Translations under genes and position numbers: made by a program
Notes under the pieces: model-generated
Databases searched by the model: none
Told to the model about the DNA's origin: nothing
Seen by the model: only the letters and a program-made list of their open reading frames with translations
In this document: piece after piece, positions 26,817 to 36,412 of the stretch
Position numbering within the stretch: the first letter of the stretch is position 1
How the letters are laid out: each line of letters opens with the position of its first letter
DNA from: an uncultured virus (IMG/VR IMGVR_UViG_3300016472_000848)
Lineage: Duplodnaviria; Heunggongvirae; Uroviricota; Caudoviricetes
Virus record (IMG/VR): IMGVR_UViG_3300016472_000848
Location: 1-64,000 of that record
Reading direction: 5' to 3' (one strand)
DNA: 64,000 nucleotides

Positions 26817-27866
26817 TTATGGTTTTAAACTTTTCCAGCCTCTATATTCTTTTCTCCTGCCATTAGCCAAACTATTCATCGCACTATAACAAAGATTATT
26901 TTCTTTACAAAATTGCCTTAAATTTACAATCGTTGTTTCAATATTTTCTGGCGATAATAAAATATAAGTTTTCGTCCTTCTTTTTATCCTGGCAAAAACA
27001 TCAGACATTTTTTTTCTATGCTCTTCCGATTGCCAAAGCTTTTTACTCAAAATACTCTGTTTTTCTTTAAGTTCACTTGAGTTCAAAGCTTTAAGCATTT
27101 TGGCTCTAATCTCTTCATTTTCCCATTGTCTTTTTGCTTTATTTTTCTGCTGCTCTCTGGCAGCTTCGGTATTTTTAGAATTTTTAATTGCGGATCGCAT
27201 TTTTTCTTTTATTTCTTCATCTTCCCATTGTCTTTTCGCCCTATCGCTTGACCCACCAATAATATTCTGTCTTGTTTCCTCATTTAACCACATCTTTTTT
27301 GACGCTTCGGATAATAACTTTTTTGTTTCATCTGATGTTACTTTTCCATACATGGGATTCCCCTCTCCAGATAAACGTTTACTTGCCTCTTCTCTAACTT
27401 CTTGTGTCCATCCTTTTTTCATCTTCTCCGATATCTCATCTCTATATCCTGGTTCATTCCATCTTTTCTTAGAAGCCTCTGATCTTTTAATACGTGTTGC
27501 TTCGGGATCAGATGACCACGGACCTTCCTTTAATGCAATGTTTTTTGCTAAATTAAAACACAGATCTTTTTTCTCAGAATCATTAAGCGATTCGTTAATA
27601 AGAGCTTCTTCTCTCAATCGTCTTTCTTCTGTTGTATGATTTTCCATTACTTCAACAATCTCAAATAAAAACGTTTTTTCTCCATACTTATTAAAGTCAT
27701 TTTGAAGAAATTTATTATGATGTTTATTTCTTCTTAAAGAACTATAATGATTAACCCAACGATTTTTAAATTCTTTTGCGGATCCAATATAAAATCTTCC
27801 GTTTTGGATATTAATGATTTTATATATTCCACCTTTTTTAGAATTTCCTTGATATCTGAACTCCAT
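26817..27866 (-). mobile_element. Free-standing GIY-YIG homing endonuclease with NUMOD3-like repeats
   Basis: GIYKIIN...FYIGSA...RW..H; GEGNPMYGK..SDETKK; repeated K/R-rich W units; GAGG RBS before ATG 27866. Confidence 0.9.
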
Positions 27867-27919
27867 ATACTTACCTCTATGATTATTATTTCTAGTATAG
27901 AACAGAGGGGACGTTTTGT

Positions 27920-30900
27920 ATGACACTAGACTACCGCGCGGCTCAGATCCAGCTAAACAAGCTAATTGCTTCGGGTTCTACCGGAACTCCAACTGGGGCT
28001 AAGTTATTAATTTATCCGCATTCTGCTGACGATGCTTTAAGTCCAAATCAAGGATTTATTAATCAAACTATATTCAATACTGGCAGTATTGGAACAGATA
28101 TTTTCTTATATGTTTCTGGTGGTATTGGTAAGAAAAATGTAAGTAATTCACAGGCAATATCTGTATTTGGTGGAGATTTACATGTATCTGGCAATCTTAC
28201 TGTTGGTGGAACATATCCTGGCGGTGGCGGAGGAGGAGGATCTCCTCAATGGGAAGACGGTGGTAATAGGTTAGCGACAACTTCTTCTGTTGCAATAGCT
28301 GGTAATTATGGAACTGGTTTCTTTGCAGATGATATTGGCGCTGATGTTTTCTTCTATGTTTCGGGTTCTTCAGGCAGTAAAGATGGTGGAACTCCTGGTG
28401 TAGCTTTATTTGGTGGAGATGTTGTAATATCGGGCGTCCTATATGGTGGATCTCCGCTTAAGATTAGTGGCTCCGTTGTACAAGGATTTCAAACATCTGC
28501 CACGGGTTTAGAAGCTTTTGCAACCGGTTATCAAACGCTTGCTTCTGGAGACTACTCCCATGCAGAGGGGATTGGCACAATTGCTGCTGGAGACTACTCA
28601 CACGCTGAGGCTGAAAACACAACTGCATCAGGAAATGCCTCACACGCCGAGGGCAGTGGCACAACAGCATCAGGTTCATTCTCACACGCTGAGGGTTTGA
28701 GTACAACTGCTGCTGGAGACTACTCACACGCTGAGGGTGAAAATTCTTCAACAGGCAATATATTCAAAGGATTTGACGCGCTTTCACTTGGAAATGGAGT
28801 ATTCCAAATTGCGGCGGGCTATGGTGATATCACTTCTGAGCTGGACTCAGCAGCGCCATTTGGGTTTTTTGGTGGACCACTTAGATTTATTACAAAGAAC
28901 GGTCGATACACGTATACCAATCGATCATGGGATGGAACTAACACACACATAACCGGTACGTTAAATGATGCTTTGTCATTTGGATCCGGACTTACCTATG
29001 TTGTGTTTAATGACTTTCTACCTAGCGCCGATATAGCTATAGGATATGCTTCTCACGCCGAGGGCGTCGCTACAGCATATGGTGATTATTCACACGCTGA
29101 AGGCTTTCAAACAGTAGCATATGGTGAGAATTCACACGCTGAAGGAAATGATACAAGAACGCTAGGTCCAGATGCACACGCTGAGGGTGACTCCACAACT
29201 GCATCAGGGAACGGCTCACACGCTGAGGGTGCAAACACAACAGCATCAGGTTCATTCTCACACGCTGAGGGTTTGAGCACAACTGCTGCTGGAGACTACT
29301 CGCACGCTGAGGGCAGCGGAACAACTGCATCAGGAAATGCCTCACACGCTGAAGGGACCAATACATTTGCTTACGGGAGTTATTCTCACGCAGAGGGAGG
29401 TGGGTCCATAGCTGGACATCCTTTTATGGGATATGCGTTAGATATCTATACTCCTGTTGATTTAATCAATGACGCTCCGAATGCAATATTTAAAATTGCT
29501 ATAGCTTATAACGACGTTACTGCTTCAATTGGTAGTCCAACTTATATATTCACAATCGGCGGCGGTGAATATGGGTATGTAGGAAGCAATTGGGATGGTA
29601 CAAATACGTATGTAACTGGTTCAATTATTTTTGAACCATTTACCAGTCAAATATCTGCCATAACTTTTGATACAGTAGCCATAGATAGTGGTAATGTAAG
29701 TTTTGGTCAATCTAGCCATGCAGAAGGTCAAGGAACTGCGTTGGGTACACAAGCCCACGCAGAGGGCGGCGGCAGAGCAACGGGCATTCGTTCTCATGCA
29801 GAAGGAAATGGCAACGTATCCATGGGAATAGGTTCTCATGCAGAAGGGTACTATACCATATCTATAGGAGCTGGTTCTCATGCAGAAGGAACCAGTACAA
29901 TTGCAATAGGAGATTACTCCCATGCTGGCGGTGAGGCAACGATTGCTTCTGGTTCTAGTCAAACTGTAATTGGAAAATATAATCAAAGAGGAAATAATTT
30001 TTCGTTATTTGTTATTGGTGATGGCGATGGCGATCTTGATGCGAATAGAAGTGACATAGTAAGAGTTAATTCGAGTCCAATTATAGGAAATGGAAATGTT
30101 CAAATAACTGGCAGTACCATATTTGTCTTAGGAGATACGGGACCAAATAATAGTGTTATTATTTCTGGAAGTCAAAATAATTCTGCTCCCGCTCTTGATA
30201 TAAAGGACATTGTTAATGGTGGCACACTTTTTAAAGTAGATGTTGGCACCTTAACAGCAGCAGTTCAAAGTCCTACTGCTCCAAATGATCAGTATAGTTG
30301 GATAACTCCAGGATTTATTGAAACTGTCGATATTGATACACCTTCTGAGAAAGCTAATAAGGTTCAAATACATGCTACCGGATACCTTAATACCGGAGGT
30401 CCGTTAATTAATTTAATTGTATCAAGTTCCCTATCGGAGCCCAGCGAAGCTTATATTAACGCAACAGATGAAGTTGCTGGTGCTCAAAATCTCAATATAA
30501 TATCAGATAAGTTAAAACTTACTTTAAACAGTGAGCTTGAAATAAATGGAGATCCTGGAATTGCTGGTTATGTGTTAACATCCAGTGGCGGTGGTTCGCC
30601 GCCGGGATGGACAGCAGCTAATGCATTGACAATTACTCGAAAACAATATATTGCCGGAGCTTCAACAAGTGCAACTACAAGTCCATTAATGATTGGTCAG
30701 TTTGCTTGGGTTCCTGCTGATTATACTGGTCTTACTTCTGTTAGAGTAAGAGCAATCATGGCTACGGATGGAACTGCAAATCATACCGGCTCTCTACAAA
30801 TCTATAACTTAACTTCTGGTAGTTATCTTGATTTGGTTGATACACCGTCTATTGATAAACACTTTACTATAACTGGTTCTGCTCCGACTCTTGTTAGTTC

Positions 30901-31024
30901 ATCTAACTTGTTAACCGGTATAACAAACTTTGACAATTCTTCTACATCAGTTTATGAGGTAAGAGTTTCTGGATCTACTGCTAATAATATAATAGTTGGT
31001 GGCGTTGAACTTATATTTAGCTAA
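27920..31024 (+). CDS. Fibre/adhesin-like virion protein with SHAEG (YadA-head-like) repeats
   Basis: Many 14-aa A.GDYSHAEG units in three blocks; repeated FYVSG..FGGD.V.SG N-terminal modules. Confidence 0.8.
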   Translation: MTLDYRAAQIQLNKLIASGSTGTPTGAKLLIYPHSADDALSPNQGFINQTIFNTGSIGTDIFLYVSGGIGKKNVSNSQAISVFGGDLHVSGNLTVGGTYPGGGGGGGSPQWEDGGNRLATTSSVAIAGNYGTGFFADDIGADVFFYVSGSSGSKDGGTPGVALFGGDVVISGVLYGGSPLKISGSVVQGFQTSATGLEAFATGYQTLASGDYSHAEGIGTIAAGDYSHAEAENTTASGNASHAEGSGTTASGSFSHAEGLSTTAAGDYSHAEGENSSTGNIFKGFDALSLGNGVFQIAAGYGDITSELDSAAPFGFFGGPLRFITKNGRYTYTNRSWDGTNTHITGTLNDALSFGSGLTYVVFNDFLPSADIAIGYASHAEGVATAYGDYSHAEGFQTVAYGENSHAEGNDTRTLGPDAHAEGDSTTASGNGSHAEGANTTASGSFSHAEGLSTTAAGDYSHAEGSGTTASGNASHAEGTNTFAYGSYSHAEGGGSIAGHPFMGYALDIYTPVDLINDAPNAIFKIAIAYNDVTASIGSPTYIFTIGGGEYGYVGSNWDGTNTYVTGSIIFEPFTSQISAITFDTVAIDSGNVSFGQSSHAEGQGTALGTQAHAEGGGRATGIRSHAEGNGNVSMGIGSHAEGYYTISIGAGSHAEGTSTIAIGDYSHAGGEATIASGSSQTVIGKYNQRGNNFSLFVIGDGDGDLDANRSDIVRVNSSPIIGNGNVQITGSTIFVLGDTGPNNSVIISGSQNNSAPALDIKDIVNGGTLFKVDVGTLTAAVQSPTAPNDQYSWITPGFIETVDIDTPSEKANKVQIHATGYLNTGGPLINLIVSSSLSEPSEAYINATDEVAGAQNLNIISDKLKLTLNSELEINGDPGIAGYVLTSSGGGSPPGWTAANALTITRKQYIAGASTSATTSPLMIGQFAWVPADYTGLTSVRVRAIMATDGTANHTGSLQIYNLTSGSYLDLVDTPSIDKHFTITGSAPTLVSSSNLLTGITNFDNSSTSVYEVRVSGSTANNIIVGGVELIFS
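28660..29313 (+). repeat. 78-nt near-identical direct repeat inside the fibre gene
   Basis: 28660-28737 vs 29236-29313, 2 mismatches. Confidence 0.9.
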
Positions 31025-31035
31025 TAAGGAATGTT

Positions 31036-32259
31036 ATGGCTATTAAAACATATTACGCAAAATTAGATTGTTATTCGACAACTACAAATATAGAACATAT
31101 TGCTGGCGAACAATGGAAAAATTTATGCGATTTCATGACATATCTTTCTGGTTCAGATAAAGTTACATTAATAACTTGGAATAGTGGGAGTAGTGCAGCA
31201 ACAGGTTCTTTTGAAAATAGAACATTCTGGGACGGTAATCTTCCATTTGGAAGAGGAGCACACGCTGTATGGAGAATAAATACCAGTTCTACAAGAAATT
31301 GGGAATGGTATATGTATGCACAAGTTGTTAGCGGAAGTGCCGCCGTTGCTAACGAAACATTTAATCAACCAATTGTAAATTACAGTTATGCTAATTTTGT
31401 TAATAACTTCAATTTTAGAGGAGTACTCATGCAAGCGGCTGTGTGTTTCTCCGGTTCAACTTCTTTTAATCCATGGAATGGAACCATAAGTCAAGGAAAC
31501 TCAACCGCCGCAAATCCAAGATGGGTGTCTGGGTCCACCAGTAGAAATATGTATGTTTTACCAAGAAGCAATGATTTAGGTGGCTCACATGCTACATCAA
31601 GAAATAATAGCGTCGGTGCGTTTCTTAATCAAAATGTAACGTCAGCTCGTTATCATATACTATTTGATGGTGACGCATTTTTATTTGTAACTCCTATATC
31701 TACTCTTCCTGAATATGCGCCACAATATGTTGGCGCATTTGAATTACGCAATTCGCTAACCAGTTCTGGGATTGGCGGAGGTCCATATGGATTTGGAATG
31801 TATGTAGGTCAAACAGCAAATACTCCTTTACTTGCTTCAACTTTTGGAGATACTGCCGGATCCACTTTCGATCCACAGGGCGGCATAGGAGTTCCGATTG
31901 GAACATTAGTTTCTGGCTCACAAGGTGGTATTTCCGATATTGTTCAAACGTTTGGTGGTTCTACAACATATCAGCCAAATTATTTTACGCAAAAATATGA
32001 TGAGTTTCCAGTAATGGTAGGCGTAAATGAAAATCCAAATTTTGGACTTTTAGGGCAATTAAATTATGGATTATATAGAACTGTCAGAGGACCATTATCA
32101 CATGATACGGTTTCAGATTTAAGTAGAGCTGTTTTTGGTGGTATTGGCGCAACAGTTGGTAATTTAATGGTATCTGTTCCGTGGACTGGATCTTTTGCGC
32201 CGGGTGTTTCGTTTGCAAGAACTGGATCCAATTATACTTGGACAAAGGATTATGGTTGA
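31036..32259 (+). CDS. Putative virion protein, paralog 1 of 3
   Basis: MAIKTYYAKL ... WTKDYG; shared motifs WNSGS, PRSND, YQPN, DEFPV. Confidence 0.8.
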   Translation: MAIKTYYAKLDCYSTTTNIEHIAGEQWKNLCDFMTYLSGSDKVTLITWNSGSSAATGSFENRTFWDGNLPFGRGAHAVWRINTSSTRNWEWYMYAQVVSGSAAVANETFNQPIVNYSYANFVNNFNFRGVLMQAAVCFSGSTSFNPWNGTISQGNSTAANPRWVSGSTSRNMYVLPRSNDLGGSHATSRNNSVGAFLNQNVTSARYHILFDGDAFLFVTPISTLPEYAPQYVGAFELRNSLTSSGIGGGPYGFGMYVGQTANTPLLASTFGDTAGSTFDPQGGIGVPIGTLVSGSQGGISDIVQTFGGSTTYQPNYFTQKYDEFPVMVGVNENPNFGLLGQLNYGLYRTVRGPLSHDTVSDLSRAVFGGIGATVGNLMVSVPWTGSFAPGVSFARTGSNYTWTKDYG

Positions 32260-32262
32260 TTT

Positions 32263-33516
32263 ATGGCAACTAAAACATATTACGGAAAATTAGATTGTTT
32301 TACAAGCGTTGCAGCATCTGCAAATGCTACTGGCGAATATTATAAATCTTTCTGCGATTTCATGAGTTATCTTACCGGTTCTAATGTTGCAACACTTGTT
32401 TCATGGAATAGCGGGAGCGGCGCTGTATCAGGAAGTTTTGATGCAAGAACTTATTGGGATGGGGCAAATCCGTTTGGCTTAGGTTCCCATACTCTTTGGA
32501 GATTTCATACCAGCTCTACAAGAAATTGGGAATGGTATTTATATACTCAAGTTGTTAGCGGAAACAATTCTGCTCTAAGATATGCATTTAATACTCCTAT
32601 AGATGGGTATGCAAACGGCTTTGATGCGCCAGCGGGTAATCAAAGTTATGTTGGAATATTAATGCAGGCAGCAGTCTGCTTTTCTGGTTCTACATTTTTT
32701 AATTCATGGAATGGATCTTTATCGGATGGTTCCGGAAATGCTTCTCAAGGGGCTGGAAATGGATCTATTAGATGGGTTTCTGGAGCAAACAACAGAACCC
32801 TTTATGTTCTTCCACGAAGTAATGATGCAGAGGGCGCTACAAGCACGGGAAAACAAAATGCCATCATGTTAGCAAGCGTCCATACCACATCAGACACTGC
32901 AATGCGATATCATTTTATATATGACGGAGATGCATTATTTGTAGCAAAAGATGCTGGGAACGATAATACCTATGCTTTTTCATATGTTGGCGGATTTGAA
33001 CTACGAAATATTTTAACTGCTTCAGGCATATGTGGATCAGACTATGGATTTTTAGCATGTGAATTTCAGGCAAATATAGCAAATTCTATTCCAATAAATA
33101 CAAGCTTTGGAAGTATTGCTGGAACTAGTTTAAATACTGAAGGAGGCGTGGCTGTTCCAGTGGGAAGGATGATAAATGGTTCCAAAATTGGCGTGCCACA
33201 AAGTATTGCAAACTTTTTAGGGGCAACATATCAACCAAACACATTGACAAGCACTTATGATGAATTTCCAGTATATGTTGGCAGTTCAGAAGGTGGAAGT
33301 GCAGGTTATTTGGGAAATATGAACCATGGATTAGTTAGATATGTTAACGATCTTCAAACACATGATATGAAAGATGATTTCAGCAGAGCAATAGTTGGCG
33401 GCACAACTACTTTAACAGATAATAAAATATCAATACCATGGACCGGCTCGGTAGCTATCGGCGTCAGCACAAGCAGAACCGGTTCCAACTACACCTGGAC
33501 AAAAAATTACGGATGA
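32263..33516 (+). CDS. Putative virion protein, paralog 2 of 3
   Basis: MATKTYYGKL ... WTKNYG. Confidence 0.8.
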   Translation: MATKTYYGKLDCFTSVAASANATGEYYKSFCDFMSYLTGSNVATLVSWNSGSGAVSGSFDARTYWDGANPFGLGSHTLWRFHTSSTRNWEWYLYTQVVSGNNSALRYAFNTPIDGYANGFDAPAGNQSYVGILMQAAVCFSGSTFFNSWNGSLSDGSGNASQGAGNGSIRWVSGANNRTLYVLPRSNDAEGATSTGKQNAIMLASVHTTSDTAMRYHFIYDGDALFVAKDAGNDNTYAFSYVGGFELRNILTASGICGSDYGFLACEFQANIANSIPINTSFGSIAGTSLNTEGGVAVPVGRMINGSKIGVPQSIANFLGATYQPNTLTSTYDEFPVYVGSSEGGSAGYLGNMNHGLVRYVNDLQTHDMKDDFSRAIVGGTTTLTDNKISIPWTGSVAIGVSTSRTGSNYTWTKNYG

Positions 33517-33519
33517 TTT

Positions 33520-34743
33520 ATGACAACTAAAACATATTATGCAAAACTAAACTGCATTTCAAATCCAGTTAACAAAGAAAATATAGCAAATGAACAATAT
33601 AAATCATTAATGGATTTTATGAGTTATTTGACTGGCTCCGGTGTAGCAGATTTAGTATCTTGGAATAGTGGAAGTGGAGCAGTTTCCGGAAGTTTTGATA
33701 CAAGAACCTATTGGGATGGAGCAAGACCTTTTGGTTTAGGGGCACATTCACTTTGGAGAATGAAAAGCAATACAGAACGTCCATGGGATTGGTATATGTA
33801 TGTGCAAGTTGTTAGCGGAAGTGCCGCCGTTGCTAACGAAACATTTAATCAACCAATTGTAAATGGCGGCTCTACTAATATAGCAAATAATTTTCAATTT
33901 AGAGGTGTTATAATCCAAACCGCTGCATGTTTTTCTGGTTCAACTTCCTTTAATCCGTGGAATGGAACGATTAGTGACGGCAACTCCACGGCAGCAAATC
34001 CAAGATGGGTTCCCGGCTCTACCGATAGAACTATGTATGTTTTACCAAGAAGCAATGATTTGGGTGGTTCTCATACTACATCAAGGAATAACAGCATGAC
34101 AGTCACCGTTGCTCAAATTGGAACAACAAATCAAGCAACTAATCACTACATATATGATGGGGATGGAATGTATGCCGGGAGCGATTGGAATTATAGTCGT
34201 GGTATTGACATTAGATATTTTGGAGCATTTGATTTAAATCCTTCTTTAAGTGGTTCTGGCATTGCAGGCGGGACAAAAGGATTTATTATGTATACCGGCT
34301 ATTCAGCCACGGATACTTTTTTTACAAATACAGCATTTGGAGATACTGCTGGTACTTCCTTTGATCCACAAGGCGGCGTCGGGGTTCCGATTGGTATAAT
34401 GGTAAGCGGTTCAAGAGCAGGAATACTTCAAGTAATGTCAAACTTTATTTCAACTACATATCAGCCTAACCTATTAATAGGTAAATTTGACGAATTTCCG
34501 GTATATGTAGGAGTTGCAGAAACTCCCTATTTTGGCTTTCTCGGAACTATTGATATGTTTAAGGGTATTATAGGAGCGCAAAGTTATACCGTAACTCAAG
34601 ATTTATCCAGATTTGTTTTGGGAGGAAATACAAATATCACAAATAGAAAACTAACTTTACCATGGACCGGCTCATTTGCACCCGGATATGTTGGCTCGTC
34701 AAGAGAAGGTTATACTTATACCTGGACAAAGGATTATGGATGA
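33520..34743 (+). CDS. Putative virion protein, paralog 3 of 3
   Basis: MTTKTYYAKL ... WTKDYG. Confidence 0.8.
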   Translation: MTTKTYYAKLNCISNPVNKENIANEQYKSLMDFMSYLTGSGVADLVSWNSGSGAVSGSFDTRTYWDGARPFGLGAHSLWRMKSNTERPWDWYMYVQVVSGSAAVANETFNQPIVNGGSTNIANNFQFRGVIIQTAACFSGSTSFNPWNGTISDGNSTAANPRWVPGSTDRTMYVLPRSNDLGGSHTTSRNNSMTVTVAQIGTTNQATNHYIYDGDGMYAGSDWNYSRGIDIRYFGAFDLNPSLSGSGIAGGTKGFIMYTGYSATDTFFTNTAFGDTAGTSFDPQGGVGVPIGIMVSGSRAGILQVMSNFISTTYQPNLLIGKFDEFPVYVGVAETPYFGFLGTIDMFKGIIGAQSYTVTQDLSRFVLGGNTNITNRKLTLPWTGSFAPGYVGSSREGYTYTWTKDYG

Positions 34744-34749
34744 TAATAT

Positions 34750-35043
34750 ATGGCTAATGTGGCAACAACAAGTGTCGGTGTAAATAACGTTATAGCAAAT
34801 GCTTATGGTTCGTTTATAGGCACCGCTATTAATAAACCTCCAACAGTAACAGATACCGCAAATAGCTATGGGGCATACGGCAGGGGTGACACATTAGCAA
34901 ATGATTTAAATGAAATAGGAACTGTAACCATTGGAACACCACTACAACCTGTATATAGAGGCTTCTTGTCTGGACAATATGTTTATTCGGTAGGAACGCC
35001 ACCACCAGGAGCTTCTGATGTAATCATAGTCGGTTATGAATGA
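34750..35043 (+). CDS. Small putative virion protein
   Basis: 97 aa, G/T/V-rich, last gene of the operon. Confidence 0.7.
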   Translation: MANVATTSVGVNNVIANAYGSFIGTAINKPPTVTDTANSYGAYGRGDTLANDLNEIGTVTIGTPLQPVYRGFLSGQYVYSVGTPPPGASDVIIVGYE

Positions 35044-35119
35044 AAATTTTATACATTTTTTGGTTCGTCATTGCATGATTAATAAAATCATATAGCTATG
35101 ATTTCTCCTGCTTGAAACT

Positions 35120-35157
35120 GGAGTGCCGATTAAAAACCGGTGCTCCTTTTTCTTTTT
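35120..35157 (+). terminator. Intrinsic terminator after the structural operon
   Basis: ggagtgccg / cggtgctcc stem (2 G-U pairs) plus T-run. Confidence 0.7.
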
Positions 35158-35187
35158 AAGCTGTCAAAAATATTTTCATCTACCCCC

Positions 35188-35215
35188 TTGACAAGTTTTT
35201 CTCCCTGTTTATCAT
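35188..35215 (+). promoter_or_regulatory. Sigma70-like promoter of the hsp20 gene
   Basis: TTGACA-16 nt-TATCAT; AAGGAG RBS downstream. Confidence 0.6.
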
Positions 35216-35268
35216 CCAATTATCCAAGCGCCAACAACTATCGGCGCTATAACAAAAGGAGATAAATT

Positions 35269-35619
35269 ATGTTAACACTATACTCAACTCGTGCTCTTGA
35301 TCGTCTATTCAACGATGTATGGAACAATGCCTGGGAAACATATACCCCATCTTATGCTAACAATATAAAAGTTAAAGACGGCGTTGCATCCGTATCCTAT
35401 GAACTTCCAGGTATTCCAAAAGATAAAATATCCGTATCCTGGAAAGATGATCAACTCTCTATATCCGGTAAGAATGGTGGACGCTCTACAAGCTTCCGTG
35501 TATCATTCCCAGATATAGATACAACTACTCTTAAGGCTGAATGCATAGATGGTATCCTTACCGTTTCAGCAAATCTTAAAAAAGAAGAAGATGGAGTAGT
35601 AAACGTTCCGGTCTTGTGA
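35269..35619 (+). CDS. Small heat-shock protein (Hsp20/alpha-crystallin)
   Basis: ELPGIPKDKISV...LSISG...LKAECIDGILTV. Confidence 0.9.
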   Translation: MLTLYSTRALDRLFNDVWNNAWETYTPSYANNIKVKDGVASVSYELPGIPKDKISVSWKDDQLSISGKNGGRSTSFRVSFPDIDTTTLKAECIDGILTVSANLKKEEDGVVNVPVL

Positions 35620-35651
35620 ATATTTAGATAAAACCAATCAAGCAGGATAAC

Positions 35652-35682
35652 AAGGGGAGCATGAAAGCTCCCCTTCTTTTTT
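35652..35682 (+). terminator. Intrinsic terminator between the convergent hsp20 and def genes
   Basis: aaggggagc-atgaaa-gctcccctt plus T-run. Confidence 0.85.
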
Positions 35683-36326
35683 CAACTATATTTTGGTCTT
35701 GCTCCAGATGCACCACCAGATACTTTAACAGCCTTATTCTTGAGATTAGTGCCCGTATTCAATACCTTTTGCTGCTTCTTATCTTCAGCAATAAGCCGAT
35801 CATCACCATGAGGCTTGCCAATATCTACAATACTCTTTGCAGAAAGATGGTTCCACTCATGTTGATATATTCTTGCCTTATATCCAGTAAATCTTTCTTT
35901 ACGTTCTACAAAGCTTCCATCTTCTTGGAGTTCCCACCATGTAGCATCTATAGTCTTCCAGCGGCTAACCACAAATGGTATCCCAGGAACGCTTAAACAG
36001 CCCTCTATGCCCTCTTCCTTACCCTCTTCGGCTACTGCTCTCCACTCAGGATTAAAATAGGCTATAAAGCTTTCCAGGGGCTTTCCTTCCCCATCCATCT
36101 CACGGATTATGAACAGTTGTTTGAATATGTTTATTTGAGGAGCAGCAAGTCCAACTCCATCATCCGATAAACAAGCCTTAACCATCTTTTGCAATAGGGC
36201 TTTAGTTTCTCCTATACCAACCGGTTTAGCTGTGTTATATGCAATAGATTTGGTTTTAATCCGGTTAAATAGAAGGATTTGCGGGGTTTTAATTTCTGGA
36301 TTGAGTTCTGATGAATTAATTTTCAT
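35682..36326 (-). CDS. def: Peptide deformylase
   Basis: GVGLAAPQ, EGCLS, QHEWNHL. Confidence 0.95.
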   Translation of the reverse strand: MKINSSELNPEIKTPQILLFNRIKTKSIAYNTAKPVGIGETKALLQKMVKACLSDDGVGLAAPQINIFKQLFIIREMDGEGKPLESFIAYFNPEWRAVAEEGKEEGIEGCLSVPGIPFVVSRWKTIDATWWELQEDGSFVERKERFTGYKARIYQHEWNHLSAKSIVDIGKPHGDDRLIAEDKKQQKVLNTGTNLKNKAVKVSGGASGARPKYS

Positions 36327-36412
36327 ATGTACCAGATTAGTATTTTATATCTAATAAGAAATGTAAATATAAGTTAAGTGATTTGATTCCTATTTACCAA
36401 TAGGAGAATTAT

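Noticed and set aside
27100..27639. 179-aa hydrophobic plus-strand ORF
   Set aside because: It is the antisense shadow of the K/E-rich endonuclease
26766..27919. Group I intron around the GIY-YIG gene
   Set aside because: The endonuclease is antisense, the flanks are only ~50 nt, and both neighbouring genes look complete
28500..34743. Diversity-generating retroelement (TR/VR) suggested by near-identical repeats
   Set aside because: There is no reverse transcriptase in the window, both copies are in-frame coding, and the few mismatches are not adenine-specific
35044..35160. tRNA or structured ncRNA in the intergenic gap
   Set aside because: There is no cloverleaf or T-loop motif; a terminator hairpin explains the structure
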